Shown here in pieces: positions 45,867-54,422 of a stretch of 64,000 bases of DNA; the first letter of the stretch is position 1; every line of letters begins with the position of its first letter. Position numbers and translations under genes: made by a program. Below the pieces are notes generated by a model. The model was given only the letters and a program-made list of their open reading frames with translations. It was not told the origin of the DNA and made no database searches. The stretch is taken from IMG/VR virus record IMGVR_UViG_3300033463_000012. One strand, written 5' to 3'. This DNA is from a virus (lineage: Duplodnaviria > Caudoviricetes).

Positions 45867-46253
45867 CTAGTGAAAGGAATTTTCCAAAAGGATCTGAATT
45901 TCAATGACGGCCTGATTGTCTTCATAGGCCTCAGGACCCCAAACCGACACGCGGACAAAACCCGTCTCGGAAATCCAAGGATTGAGATTGGGATCCTTCT
46001 TCTTGTTGTTTTCCATCCACTGACGAATGGCGGAATCTGTGCAAGAGCGAACGGTGTCCTTGAGATTGTCCACCATATCGTCCACCTGTTCATCGTCGGC
46101 TGGGTCGCTGTTGTCCTTGAATTTGATGTTCTTGTAGAGCAGAACCGCCTTGGCGCAGGTCTCGAAGTCAATCTGGTCATAGGCCTCAAGGAACGGCTGA
46201 TGCCAAATGTTCCAATCCATTTCAGTTTCCTTGGCAGCTTTCTTCGCAGTCAT
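45867..46253 (-). CDS. Hypothetical protein
   Basis: SD AAGGAG; 128 aa. Confidence 0.8.
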   Translation of the reverse strand: MTAKKAAKETEMDWNIWHQPFLEAYDQIDFETCAKAVLLYKNIKFKDNSDPADDEQVDDMVDNLKDTVRSCTDSAIRQWMENNKKKDPNLNPWISETGFVRVSVWGPEAYEDNQAVIEIQILLENSFH

Positions 46254-46312
46254 GTGGTTTTCTCCTTTACTGCAAATATAGAAAATTCCAGCTAGGTCGG
46301 AGTGACTATTTC

Positions 46313-47158
46313 CTAGTTTTGCTCATCACGACAGAGCTGTTCAAGAATGTGCAGACAGTTCGTGATGAATTCATATGCCTTCTGATTTTTCATATCAATT
46401 TCAGAAAGCGCAAGGTGACAGTATGAAATCGCCTTTTGAATGGACTCTTTCATTTCCGATTCATTGGTTGCAGGTTCTTCTTCACTCATTCTGCAACCAA
46501 GCAAATCATGACAAGCGACTAGAGTGTCTTTGACGTCTCCAGGTTTGTCACTAGGAGCCGGATGAATCTTTTCTTCCAGTTTCTTCTTGTCCAAATCCGC
46601 CATGGCTTTCATCAACTTTTCGATGTGATCAGTAACGAACGTCTTGGTTCCTTCAACCAACCTGTTCATTTCCTTGGACAGTTCCATCTCACATGCCTTC
46701 TTGTAACGACTGTAAAATTCTTCCAAGGAGTATTCTCGATTGACGTCCATAGCGTCGGCCAAGCTGAAAACTTTGTTACCGAGTTTCCTTTTGATTTCCT
46801 CTTGCTGTTCATCTTCTTCGGATTCGGCCAGCTTCATCAATGGTTCACAAAATTCCACAAATCCGCAGAAAGTTGCATCGGCGTCGACATTCCAATCGTG
46901 GACATATCCTTTGCCATCAAATCCACAGCCCCTGCACCTGAATTCCGTGAAGTGCTCGTCAAAGTTCACATAAGGAACAACAAGGTCCTTATGACATTGT
47001 GGACAAATGGCCGGAATCAGCCAATCGTTGGTTCCTTCCTTCTTCCACCAAAAACTTGTTTTCGGTTCATTGAGATCACTCTTGTACAAATGAAATTCAA
47101 CACGTTCCATTTCCTTGACAGACTTGGGACGAGATGTTTTTGCTTCATTGTTTTCCAT
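46313..47158 (-). CDS. Hypothetical protein with zinc ribbon (CPQC..CRGC)
   Basis: Start MENNEAK at 47158 after GGAG. Confidence 0.75.
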   Translation of the reverse strand: MENNEAKTSRPKSVKEMERVEFHLYKSDLNEPKTSFWWKKEGTNDWLIPAICPQCHKDLVVPYVNFDEHFTEFRCRGCGFDGKGYVHDWNVDADATFCGFVEFCEPLMKLAESEEDEQQEEIKRKLGNKVFSLADAMDVNREYSLEEFYSRYKKACEMELSKEMNRLVEGTKTFVTDHIEKLMKAMADLDKKKLEEKIHPAPSDKPGDVKDTLVACHDLLGCRMSEEEPATNESEMKESIQKAISYCHLALSEIDMKNQKAYEFITNCLHILEQLCRDEQN

Positions 47159-47159
47159 G

Positions 47160-47423
47160 CTAGTTCTCCTTTGCCAGGTCATTCCAAATTTCTTCACCGA
47201 CTTCTCCGCCATCCATCGTCTTCGTGTCGAATGGATATGTCTTGCACCCTCCCCGGAAAAGCATAGTCGATTTCCACAGAAGCAGGTTGTCACCAATCCA
47301 CTCGACTACATAGGTGCCATCATTGTGTTCAAACTTGAGGTAGTTCGCCCCACGTTCCCAATGTTCAATTCCCTTGTTGATCAGGGTTCCGAACAATATG
47401 TCGAGGTCCTGTGGCAATCTCAT
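47160..47423 (-). CDS. Hypothetical protein
   Basis: SD GAGG; tightly packed. Confidence 0.7.
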   Translation of the reverse strand: MRLPQDLDILFGTLINKGIEHWERGANYLKFEHNDGTYVVEWIGDNLLLWKSTMLFRGGCKTYPFDTKTMDGGEVGEEIWNDLAKEN

Positions 47424-47431
47424 GTTCTACC

Positions 47432-47644
47432 TCAATATCCACAAACTCGTCCAGCCCAGAAGTCATATTGAATCGAGGAAGGACACCAGCCGTTGAAGTT
47501 GAACGTCCTGTATCCATGGCCATAGAAATAATAGACACCTTCATAGTGCCCGCCATAAACCTGGCAGTGCTTCAGGGATCCATATTCGCAGAAACCGAAC
47601 GAGGTTGCGGTCAAAAGCGCCACCAGGCAGATGAGTTTCTTCAT
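47432..47644 (-). CDS. Small secreted Cys/Tyr-rich protein
   Basis: MKKLICLVALLTATSFG signal-peptide pattern; 4 Cys in the mature part. Confidence 0.7.
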   Translation of the reverse strand: MKKLICLVALLTATSFGFCEYGSLKHCQVYGGHYEGVYYFYGHGYRTFNFNGWCPSSIQYDFWAGRVCGY

Positions 47645-47817
47645 TTCAAGTTCTCCTTCAGGAATTTCTTGTAATAATAGTCACTGGTCGCCTTTTCCAT
47701 GTAGGATGCGTAAATCTTTTCGGAGATGTCCAATACGATCCCCGACAACCATTCAAACTTCAGGTGACGAAGTTTGATCGAAAGGTTGAGAAGAGCGCAA
47801 GCGATGTTGACTCTCAT
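47641..47817 (-). CDS. 58-aa hypothetical protein (not in the ORF track)
   Basis: MRVNIACALL..KKFLKENLK*; fills the gap with an ATGA overlap. Confidence 0.55.
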   Translation of the reverse strand: MRVNIACALLNLSIKLRHLKFEWLSGIVLDISEKIYASYMEKATSDYYYKKFLKENLK

Positions 47818-47824
47818 TTACAAC

Positions 47825-48049
47825 CTACTTGAAAAGTTCCAGCTGTTCAAGTCCGCAGCAGGTCTCTGGTTCCGGCTTGAGAATCTGGTCAATCATGGGT
47901 TCGAGTTCCTTCTTCCCCTTGACCAGTTCTCCGACCGTCTTGTCCATGATGCAGCACGACTTGAATCTGCAGTTCTCGCACTTCTTGTCGCACTTCTTGG
48001 TGACTTCCCAAATGGCGTCACAAACCTTTGCCATCCACTTGTCCATCAC
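47825..48049 (-). CDS. Small Cys-rich protein
   Basis: KCDKKCENCRFKSCC. Confidence 0.65.
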   Translation of the reverse strand: MMDKWMAKVCDAIWEVTKKCDKKCENCRFKSCCIMDKTVGELVKGKKELEPMIDQILKPEPETCCGLEQLELFK

Positions 48050-48174
48050 TTGGCTTCCTTGACCTTCTTGTCCAGTTCAGTGAGAAGGACTTCGGCTCGT
48101 TCCGCCGGATTCTTCCCGATCATGAAGAGGTTGAAGACTTCATTGAATTCCTTGTCGATTTCGTTCATTTCCAT
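48046..48174 (-). CDS. 42-aa hypothetical protein (not in the ORF track)
   Basis: Strong SD AAGGAGG; MEMNEIDKEF.. Confidence 0.6.
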   Translation of the reverse strand: MEMNEIDKEFNEVFNLFMIGKNPAERAEVLLTELDKKVKEAK

Positions 48175-48205
48175 GTTGGACCTCCTTGGTTGTGGTTCTG
48201 GTTCC

Positions 48206-48289
48206 TACCGAGAGAGGGAATTGAACCCTCACGTCCTTGCGGACAGCGGATTTTGAGTCCACCGCGTCTACCTATTCCACCATCTCGGC
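48206..48289 (-). tRNA. tRNA-Leu(CAA)
   Basis: Cloverleaf with acceptor GCCGAGA/TCTCGGT, D-loop GG, anticodon loop CT-CAA-AA, long variable arm GTCC-GCAA-GGAC, GGTTCAATTCC; no encoded CCA. Confidence 0.95.
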
Positions 48290-48298
48290 TTGTCTGGT

Positions 48299-48332
48299 TA
48301 TAATATAATAAATTTGTCCTGAAAGTGGTCAA
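48299..48332 (-). promoter_or_regulatory. Early promoter for tRNA-Leu and downstream ORFs
   Basis: TTGACC-N16-TATTATATTATA. Confidence 0.75.
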
Positions 48333-48354
48333 ACTTTTTGCAATTATTTGTCAC

Positions 48355-48460
48355 TTCACTGCACTGATTCCTAGGTATGCAGAGGCCATTTGTTCGAGAG
48401 CTGGTAGATTATAGCTACCCTTGCAGAAAATGGCTCAGAACTCATCCCTGTAGCTGAGGA
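48355..48460 (-). repeat. Dispersed ~105-bp dyad-symmetric element, copy 5
   Basis: Reverse-strand core GGTAGCTATAATCTACCAG (48401-48419). Confidence 0.85.
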
Positions 48461-48853
48461 TCAGTTCCAGCTGAACCCCTGATCCTCTCCATCCTGGTCA
48501 TCGTCCTCGGAAACATAATAGTCCCATTCCTCGAACAGTGACTCGATTGTGTCAGGTTCGAAGTGGACATAGTTGGAAAGATCGCCGGCATAGACGCACT
48601 TGCAGTTCCCGACATTGTCCACCCGCTTCCAAATCTTTATGAGGTAGTTGTTCGCGTGACAAATTCCTACAAGTCCCACGAGCTGATCCCACGTGGTTTT
48701 AATCCAAGCGTTCAGTTCGGAGATTTTGAAGAAACCGCCGGACATCGAGTATTTCTGCGGTATCTCGGAGATTTCACCTGTCTGAAGTTTGATCACTTCC
48801 TGTGGTGTCAGCTTTTCCACTATCACGGCATCGAATAAGGTAGGTGAGGACAT
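48461..48853 (-). CDS. Hypothetical protein
   Basis: Start MSSPTLF at 48853 after AAGGA; upstream CTAAATG variant. Confidence 0.7.
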   Translation of the reverse strand: MSSPTLFDAVIVEKLTPQEVIKLQTGEISEIPQKYSMSGGFFKISELNAWIKTTWDQLVGLVGICHANNYLIKIWKRVDNVGNCKCVYAGDLSNYVHFEPDTIESLFEEWDYYVSEDDDQDGEDQGFSWN

Positions 48854-48893
48854 AAGTTTTCCTTGTTGAATTTGAATATTCCATTTAGCCCTC

Positions 48894-48921
48894 AAAAAGA
48901 AAGGGAGCCCGAAGGCTCCCT
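48894..48921 (-). terminator. Rho-independent terminator
   Basis: GGGAGCC-TTCG-GGCTCCC then TTTCTTTTT on the minus strand; hairpin identical to those at 3835 and 3958. Confidence 0.9.
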
Positions 48922-48941
48922 GTTCCTCGTTCCGGTTTCCT

Positions 48942-49283
48942 CTAGAAGGAGGGGTCCCGATAGTAGCAGGCGTGGCCGAGGGACCAACGTTCGTATTTCG
49001 AGTCCAGCCGGCGACGGGGGTAGGCCGAGTTCCCACGCCAGCGACCATAGCGGAAGACCACGTGGTTGGTGCGGTTGTTCGGGTTGGAAGTGTATTCGTA
49101 TTCCTGGTCTTCACTGAGGATTTCGCCCCTGACCAGCTTGGCGTCCAGCTCCCGAACGATCACGTGGCGGGGATTGATCACCTTAATGACTTCGTAGGCG
49201 TAGCAATCCGACCCGACCCCCATGCTCGCTCCCATTCCGACTTCGGGCTTGACCTTGGGTTCCTTGAGGATGTTTCTTTTCAT
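48942..49283 (-). CDS. Conserved phage-type hypothetical early protein
   Basis: PEVGMGAS..GSDCYAYEVI..YYRDPSF; own early promoter and leader. Confidence 0.85.
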   Translation of the reverse strand: MKRNILKEPKVKPEVGMGASMGVGSDCYAYEVIKVINPRHVIVRELDAKLVRGEILSEDQEYEYTSNPNNRTNHVVFRYGRWRGNSAYPRRRLDSKYERWSLGHACYYRDPSF

Positions 49284-49321
49284 GGCTGCCTCCTGGATAG
49301 TGGTTCTTGTCTCTACCCTAA

Positions 49322-49354
49322 TAATATAATATCTTTTTGGAGGAAGCGTATCAA
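49322..49354 (-). promoter_or_regulatory. Early promoter
   Basis: TTGATA-N17-TATTATATTA. Confidence 0.8.
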
Positions 49355-49385
49355 CTTTTTTGCAATTTTTTCAGAACGAATTCCT

Positions 49386-49907
49386 CTATCTGGTCAATGG
49401 TCTCGGAATCATAGTTTTTCCATCTATTGCACAACTTGTTTTCTTGTCCGATTCGTCTTTCAGCCAGAAAAAGATTTCATTGGGATTGAAAGCCAAGAGT
49501 GATTTCCTGGCCAAATCCAAAAGGTCATTCTTTCCGAAGACAATGCCGAGACAATATTTGTTCAAATCCTTGTAGATGTAGTTTTTGACTCCGTGACTGT
49601 TGAATTTTCCATTGAGGATTTTTACAAAAAGATGCACCTGAAACATCTTCTTGTCCAACTTTTGTTTTTTCTCATCTATGAATTTGATTATTTCATTTGT
49701 GTCATTCAGACCGATGAATACTTTTCTGTCGCAGAATTTCAGGTTCACTTCCCAATTGTAGGTGTTTGGCAGATGACTGACACGCAAGTTGAGGTCTGCA
49801 CTCTGAAGGATGACTTCACCAAAGTTATTTTGTCTTGTCGGAAGAAGAGGAGCGCTGTATGCATTCCTCACCTCCTCAATGAACATTGGATTCAATGTGT
49901 ATTCCAT
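49386..49907 (-). CDS. Hypothetical protein (FxxxLFxxIL family)
   Basis: FQVHLFVKILNGKFNSHG in mid-protein. Confidence 0.75.
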   Translation of the reverse strand: MEYTLNPMFIEEVRNAYSAPLLPTRQNNFGEVILQSADLNLRVSHLPNTYNWEVNLKFCDRKVFIGLNDTNEIIKFIDEKKQKLDKKMFQVHLFVKILNGKFNSHGVKNYIYKDLNKYCLGIVFGKNDLLDLARKSLLAFNPNEIFFWLKDESDKKTSCAIDGKTMIPRPLTR

Positions 49908-49910
49908 AGT

Positions 49911-50726
49911 TCACTTCATCACGAACAGGATTTCCACCTTGTTCTCGTCCGCGGTGTAATAGATGTCACCGGTCGGGATGAAGTTCCATTCGGCCTGGGT
50001 GTATTTGTCCACGGGGCGAGCATAGACCGCGGCGATTTTCTCGGAGAAGTTCCTGTCGTCGAACGGATTGCCCTTGGTCGGTGGCACGTTGTTCAGTTCT
50101 TCGATTCGCCCGTGGAAGATCGGGAATTTGTCCATGTTGGGCGCATTGGGATCGACCTTCTGCATCATGACGATTCCGTTGAATTTGTAGAAGGTGTAGT
50201 CGTATTCCTCACCGTCGTCCCGGAACCATTCTTCATGGGCTCGCTTCAGAGCGGACTTCGTGGTGTCGATGTAATACTGGTCAATGCGAATACCAGTGCG
50301 CTTGTAGATCATCGTGGACAGGCGCTTCCAGAGACCATCGTGGTTCCCATGTCCGTGGGAATTCGACTTCTTCGACCGAACGTCCACCCCGTGCTTGATG
50401 TCCTGCATGTGGCAGAGGCAGTGGAGCATTTCGTGGCAGACACAGTTCTTCAACATCCGGTCCATGATGTCCTTGGAAACCAGGATGCAGGAGCGTTCCA
50501 CGTGCATGATGTTTTCGGGGTCCATGCAGTAGCCACCCATGGCGCCCTCGATCCCGACGATTTCTTCAGCCCAGGCGATCGGGATGTTCGGAATCTTCCC
50601 GCCATAGACCTCTGCATTGATCTCGTCGAAGAGGGCCTTCAGCTTCTTGTCGCTTTCCTTCGGGACCAGCTTTTCGAAGTCGGGGCTGGGCTTGATCTCG
50701 TCTTTGGTTTCCTGAGTTTCTGCCAT
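49911..50726 (-). CDS. SprT-like zinc metalloprotease
   Basis: LFDEINAEVYGGKIP, CHEMLH, H...HDGLWK. Confidence 0.85.
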   Translation of the reverse strand: MAETQETKDEIKPSPDFEKLVPKESDKKLKALFDEINAEVYGGKIPNIPIAWAEEIVGIEGAMGGYCMDPENIMHVERSCILVSKDIMDRMLKNCVCHEMLHCLCHMQDIKHGVDVRSKKSNSHGHGNHDGLWKRLSTMIYKRTGIRIDQYYIDTTKSALKRAHEEWFRDDGEEYDYTFYKFNGIVMMQKVDPNAPNMDKFPIFHGRIEELNNVPPTKGNPFDDRNFSEKIAAVYARPVDKYTQAEWNFIPTGDIYYTADENKVEILFVMK

Positions 50727-50751
50727 ATCTGCCTCCTGGGTGGTGTCTAGG

Positions 50752-50786
50752 TATAATATAATATCTTTTTGGCCCCAGCGTATCGA
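50752..50786 (-). promoter_or_regulatory. Early promoter
   Basis: TCGATA-N17-TATTATATTATA. Confidence 0.75.
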
Positions 50787-51509
50787 CTATTTCTCATTTT
50801 TTTCATTTTCTTCCGCAGGATTCTTCCCGAGGTAGGCATACTCGTAGGCCTTGAATGACCTGGAAATGAAGTCCTTGACACTGAAGCCGTCACCCCATTT
50901 GTTCGTGAAAGTCATCCGCCTATGAGTTTTTCCGATTCCGAGATCAATGATGAAGTCCTTCCCGTAGTTGACTCTATGCCAACCGATTTTCACAGGGATG
51001 TCATTCAGATTGCCGCGAACGGTGATTTCGTCTCCGTTCTCGTGTCGCTTTATATTGGTCAAACTGTTGGCGGTTTCATTAACAATCCCGTTCATGATAT
51101 TCTTCACAAGTTTCCGTCGGCAATCTTCCTTTGCGATTTTGGAAAGATATGCTCTGAATCCTTCGAACCAGTCGAAGGCTCGCTGAACGAAGGGTTCCAC
51201 CTTTTCACCTTTGTTCGGAAAGTTCAAGACCCTCCACCAATCATCCATCTTTTCCACAGGTTCACATTTGACTTTGGTCTGATAAGCGACGAAGTCATTG
51301 TTGTGCGGATTCCAGTCGTCGTCCCTGTAGATGACACTGAAAAGTTCTCCATCATTCACGGCGAATCCGAAGATGAATTTCTTAGGTTCACACCAATATC
51401 CACTCAGTCCTGCCTTGCCGGAAACTTCAGTGACATCGATCCTTCCTCTGATGCGATTGAATGGAATGTTCCTCTTGGTCAGTTCTTTCTGAATTGCATT
51501 GAGGTCCAT
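50787..51509 (-). CDS. Hypothetical early protein, paralog A
   Basis: Start MDLNAIQ at 51509; clearly similar along its length to 52287-51571. Confidence 0.85.
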   Translation of the reverse strand: MDLNAIQKELTKRNIPFNRIRGRIDVTEVSGKAGLSGYWCEPKKFIFGFAVNDGELFSVIYRDDDWNPHNNDFVAYQTKVKCEPVEKMDDWWRVLNFPNKGEKVEPFVQRAFDWFEGFRAYLSKIAKEDCRRKLVKNIMNGIVNETANSLTNIKRHENGDEITVRGNLNDIPVKIGWHRVNYGKDFIIDLGIGKTHRRMTFTNKWGDGFSVKDFISRSFKAYEYAYLGKNPAEENEKNEK

Positions 51510-51539
51510 AGTTCCTCCTGGTTCTGGTGGTCTGATCAA

Positions 51540-51570
51540 AATATAATATCTTTTCGGTCAAAGTGTACAA
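51540..51570 (-). promoter_or_regulatory. Early promoter
   Basis: TTGTAC-N16-TATTATATT. Confidence 0.75.
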
Positions 51571-52287
51571 CTATTTTTCCATTTTTTCGGTATTGTCATT
51601 TTCATTATTGGAGAATTCATAGAATTTGATGGATTTGGAAATGAAGTCCTTGACGTTGAATTTGGTTTTCCACGTGTTCGAGAATATCATCCTGCTATGA
51701 GTTTTGCCTATTACAAGAGTGATGATGAAATCCTTTCCACCATTGATCGAATGCCAACCGAGTTTCACGGGAATATTGTTCAACTCCCCGGAAACGTCCA
51801 AATGATTTATGTCATTTTCCTTCCTTACCTTTTTCATGTCCTTGGAAAATTCTTCGATGGTTCCGTTCAGGATGTTCCTCACCAGCTTGCGCCGACATTC
51901 TTCCTTGGACACTTTCAGAAGATGATTGCGAAATCCTTCAAACCATTCCATTGAACGTTGGACAAACTTTTCGACGCTTTCCTTTTCCTTAGGATTGTTC
52001 ACCACCCTCCATAAATCTCCCAACTTCGTCACAGGTTCGCAGACATCAGTTGAATGAAGGAAGAAATCGTTTCCTTTCTTGAGAATGTTTTTTTGATAGA
52101 TGACACTGAAGATGTTCCCGTTGTTCACTGCAAAGGCAAATGTGTATGTCCTCGGCGTGTTGTATTCGGCCCAGTAGTGATTCAAGCTAGGCTTTCCAGA
52201 AACAGTAGCTACATCGATCCTTCCCCTGATGTGTTCGAAAGTGATGTTTTTCCTTTTCAGTTCCTTTTTAATGTCATCTAGGTTCAT
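51571..52287 (-). CDS. Hypothetical early protein, paralog B (tandem duplicate)
   Basis: IRGRIDV..VSGK, CEPV, WFEGFR, CRRKLV, IPVK.GWH shared with paralog A. Confidence 0.85.
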   Translation of the reverse strand: MNLDDIKKELKRKNITFEHIRGRIDVATVSGKPSLNHYWAEYNTPRTYTFAFAVNNGNIFSVIYQKNILKKGNDFFLHSTDVCEPVTKLGDLWRVVNNPKEKESVEKFVQRSMEWFEGFRNHLLKVSKEECRRKLVRNILNGTIEEFSKDMKKVRKENDINHLDVSGELNNIPVKLGWHSINGGKDFIITLVIGKTHSRMIFSNTWKTKFNVKDFISKSIKFYEFSNNENDNTEKMEK

Positions 52288-52310
52288 GATGTCTCCTATA
52301 TGGTTTAATC

Positions 52311-52341
52311 AATATAATATCTTTTCGTCCGAGGTATACAA
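52311..52341 (-). promoter_or_regulatory. Early promoter
   Basis: TTGTAT-N16-TATTATATT. Confidence 0.75.
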
Positions 52342-52363
52342 AGAAAATGATAAATATGCAGAT

Positions 52364-52470
52364 GCTCTGTCAGCTCCAGGGATGAGTTCCTAGACAGTTT
52401 TGCAGCTGGCTAGTAGTTTATAGCTACCTCACATGAAACTGGCTCTGAGTGGCTCCCTGGAGATGTGGGA
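52364..52470 (-). repeat. Dispersed ~105-bp dyad-symmetric element, copy 6
   Basis: Reverse-strand core GGTAGCTATAAACTACTAG (52410-52428). Confidence 0.85.
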
Positions 52471-52490
52471 CAGTGCAGCACCTATACAGT

Positions 52491-52519
52491 AAAAGGGGAC
52501 CCTGGTTGGAGGGTCCCCT
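52491..52519 (-). terminator. Terminator after the AAA+ gene
   Basis: AGGGGACCC..GGGTCCCCT followed by TTT on the minus strand. Confidence 0.8.
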
Positions 52520-52545
52520 GCTGTGGGTAGGAGGCGATATGGAAA

Positions 52546-53637
52546 CTACAGGGTGTCCTTGATGTGTTCGAAGGCGAGGTTGTAGATCCTTTCATCCAGG
52601 ACAATCCAGTTGGTGTGCTGGAGGAAGTAGGTCATGAGATGACCGATCGCTTCGTTCTGCTTGGCGTCCTTCAGGTATTCGAGATACTTCTTGAAGTTCA
52701 CCGTGATGACTTCCTTCTGTTCGGGAGTGAAGTCCTTTTCCATGTAGCGCTTGATCTGGTCATTGACCCCGACGATTTCGTGCAGCTTCAGGGACTTGAG
52801 TTCCTTCTTGCTCTTTTCGAAGTCGCCCTCGAGCAGCTTGGCCACATCGATCGTCTTCTGCTTTTCGAGATAGCGCTGGAAGGCGCCGGTGGCTTCAGGC
52901 CCCACGAAGGAGGCGACCATCTTGCTTTCGACCGGGTCGAGGGTGCGACCCTTGAAGGCCGCAATGGTTTCAGAGACGGCTTCCCAGGAGCGGCGAGAGG
53001 GAGTGATGTCCATGGGGTCCTCGGTTTCAATCTGATCCCCGTCCAGCCATTCCGGTTCAGCGGTGATGAAGTCGATCACGCGTTCGTCGATCCCGCTCTT
53101 GGAGCCCCAGGTGAGCCATTCGTCCACGGTGGGCTTGAAGATCGAGGGAGCGAAGCGGTCCAGCAGGGCCTTGTCGAGGTCCTGAATGGTGTAGCCGTCC
53201 CCGACATTCGCCGCGGCGACGATCACGGAACCTTCAGGCAGCTTGCGGTTGACGAGTTTCTTGTTGAGGGTGAGGTCCATCACCACGTTCAGGATTTCGG
53301 GACGACCGCGGTTGATCTCGTCCAGGAAGAGGCAGAAGGGCTTGTCTTCCTGCCACCAAGCGGGAGGGAGGAAGTCCATGACCTCGGTCTTGGTCCCGTC
53401 GGCGAGAGTGATCTCCTTCTTGCAGGGAAGACCGATGAGGTCACCCGGGTCGCTCATCTGACCGAGGAAGAGAGGGACCACCTTGTAGCCCTTCGATTCG
53501 TAAAACTTCGTGACAATCTGGCTCTTGCCGAGGCCGTGGCCCCCGAGGAGCAGAAGGTTGCGGGTCTTGGGCATGTGTTCCAGGGTGAAGAGGAGTTCCT
53601 GGATGTTGACTCGGGCGATCTTCTTAGGTTCGTTCAT
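52546..53637 (-). CDS. MoxR-family AAA+ ATPase
   Basis: GGHGLGKS, DLIGLP, LFLDEINR, AAAN, LDKALLDRF, PSRRSWE. Confidence 0.93.
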   Translation of the reverse strand: MNEPKKIARVNIQELLFTLEHMPKTRNLLLLGGHGLGKSQIVTKFYESKGYKVVPLFLGQMSDPGDLIGLPCKKEITLADGTKTEVMDFLPPAWWQEDKPFCLFLDEINRGRPEILNVVMDLTLNKKLVNRKLPEGSVIVAAANVGDGYTIQDLDKALLDRFAPSIFKPTVDEWLTWGSKSGIDERVIDFITAEPEWLDGDQIETEDPMDITPSRRSWEAVSETIAAFKGRTLDPVESKMVASFVGPEATGAFQRYLEKQKTIDVAKLLEGDFEKSKKELKSLKLHEIVGVNDQIKRYMEKDFTPEQKEVITVNFKKYLEYLKDAKQNEAIGHLMTYFLQHTNWIVLDERIYNLAFEHIKDTL

Positions 53638-53693
53638 GGTTGCCTCCTGGCTGGTTCTTGTGGTTCTGTTCTACCCCGCTCTTGGCTGGGCTC

Positions 53694-54095
53694 TTATAAT
53701 ATAATATCTTTTTGACCAAACGGAACCAACTTTTTTGCAAAAAATGCATTTTTTTCGGAAATGGCCGTTTCTGCAGTCAAAAAGCCAACTACCCTCTCGC
53801 AGATGTGGGCGGCAAACTGTTCTTCACCGTAGCGGGAAATGGCTTCGTCCATCCAGATTCTCATTTCCCCTTCCATGTGTCTATCCCCCTGTCGGCCCAG
53901 TTCAATGCTCACCCCGCACTTCCCGTTGGTCTCGTTGTCGATCACCCTCGCGAAGTAGGCCTGTCCACCCTGACGTTTGGCCACGAGTTTGTTCTGACTC
54001 ATTTCCAATTCCAAGTCGGGGTTTTCCTTCAACTTGGTTGCGGCCATGTTCAGGATGTATTTGGCCATGTAGAGGATGCCGGTATCGTTCATCAC
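53694..54095 (-). CDS. Hypothetical protein whose 3' end runs through the next promoter
   Basis: 133-aa ORF; GTGA overlap with the upstream gene. Confidence 0.7.
   Translation of the reverse strand: MMNDTGILYMAKYILNMAATKLKENPDLELEMSQNKLVAKRQGGQAYFARVIDNETNGKCGVSIELGRQGDRHMEGEMRIWMDEAISRYGEEQFAAHICERVVGFLTAETAISEKNAFFAKKLVPFGQKDIIL
53695..53729 (-). promoter_or_regulatory. Early promoter (near-identical to those at 55373 and 58624)
   Basis: TTGGTT-CCGTTTGGTCAAAAAGA-TATTATATTATA. Confidence 0.8.
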
Positions 54096-54283
54096 TGCTC
54101 CACGATATAGAAGTCATCGCGTTCGGGCTGGACAGCGAGACCGCCCCATGTCCCATGAAGCTGACCCCAGTCGTCCACTAGTTCGACGATTCCTTCCTTG
54201 TCGGCGTATCGGGGTTCGTCCACCATGACATTGATGTGAATCTTCTTCCCGATGAGGTGTGCGTATTTTTCTCTGTTGTTCAT
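54092..54283 (-). CDS. DUF4314-like small protein
   Basis: M.DEP....EGIVELVDDWGQLHGTWGGLAV.P..D.F. Confidence 0.75.
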   Translation of the reverse strand: MNNREKYAHLIGKKIHINVMVDEPRYADKEGIVELVDDWGQLHGTWGGLAVQPERDDFYIVEQ

Positions 54284-54298
54284 GCTGACCTCTTTGGT

Positions 54299-54415
54299 TT
54301 AGCGTTTTCTTCTGAGCTGGTCGTCTATGGATTCGAGGATGAGCAGTATGTCACGGAGTTTGCCAAGAATCACGAACAACATGATCGATACCGCCATCCC
54401 GAAAATCCATAGCAT
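54299..54415 (-). CDS. 38-aa membrane peptide
   Basis: SD AAGGAG; MLWIFGMAVSIMLFVILG.. Confidence 0.6.
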   Translation of the reverse strand: MLWIFGMAVSIMLFVILGKLRDILLILESIDDQLRRKR

Positions 54416-54422
54416 ATCTCCT

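Noticed and set aside
47641-47817. Suspected frameshift in a small ORF near 47740
   Set aside because: Recounting gives four C residues and a continuous 58-aa frame.
11121-52470. Dispersed elements as a CRISPR or TIGR (box C/D) array
   Set aside because: Copies are kilobases apart and degenerate, with no repeat-spacer tandem structure; no Cas or Nop-domain gene is recognisable.
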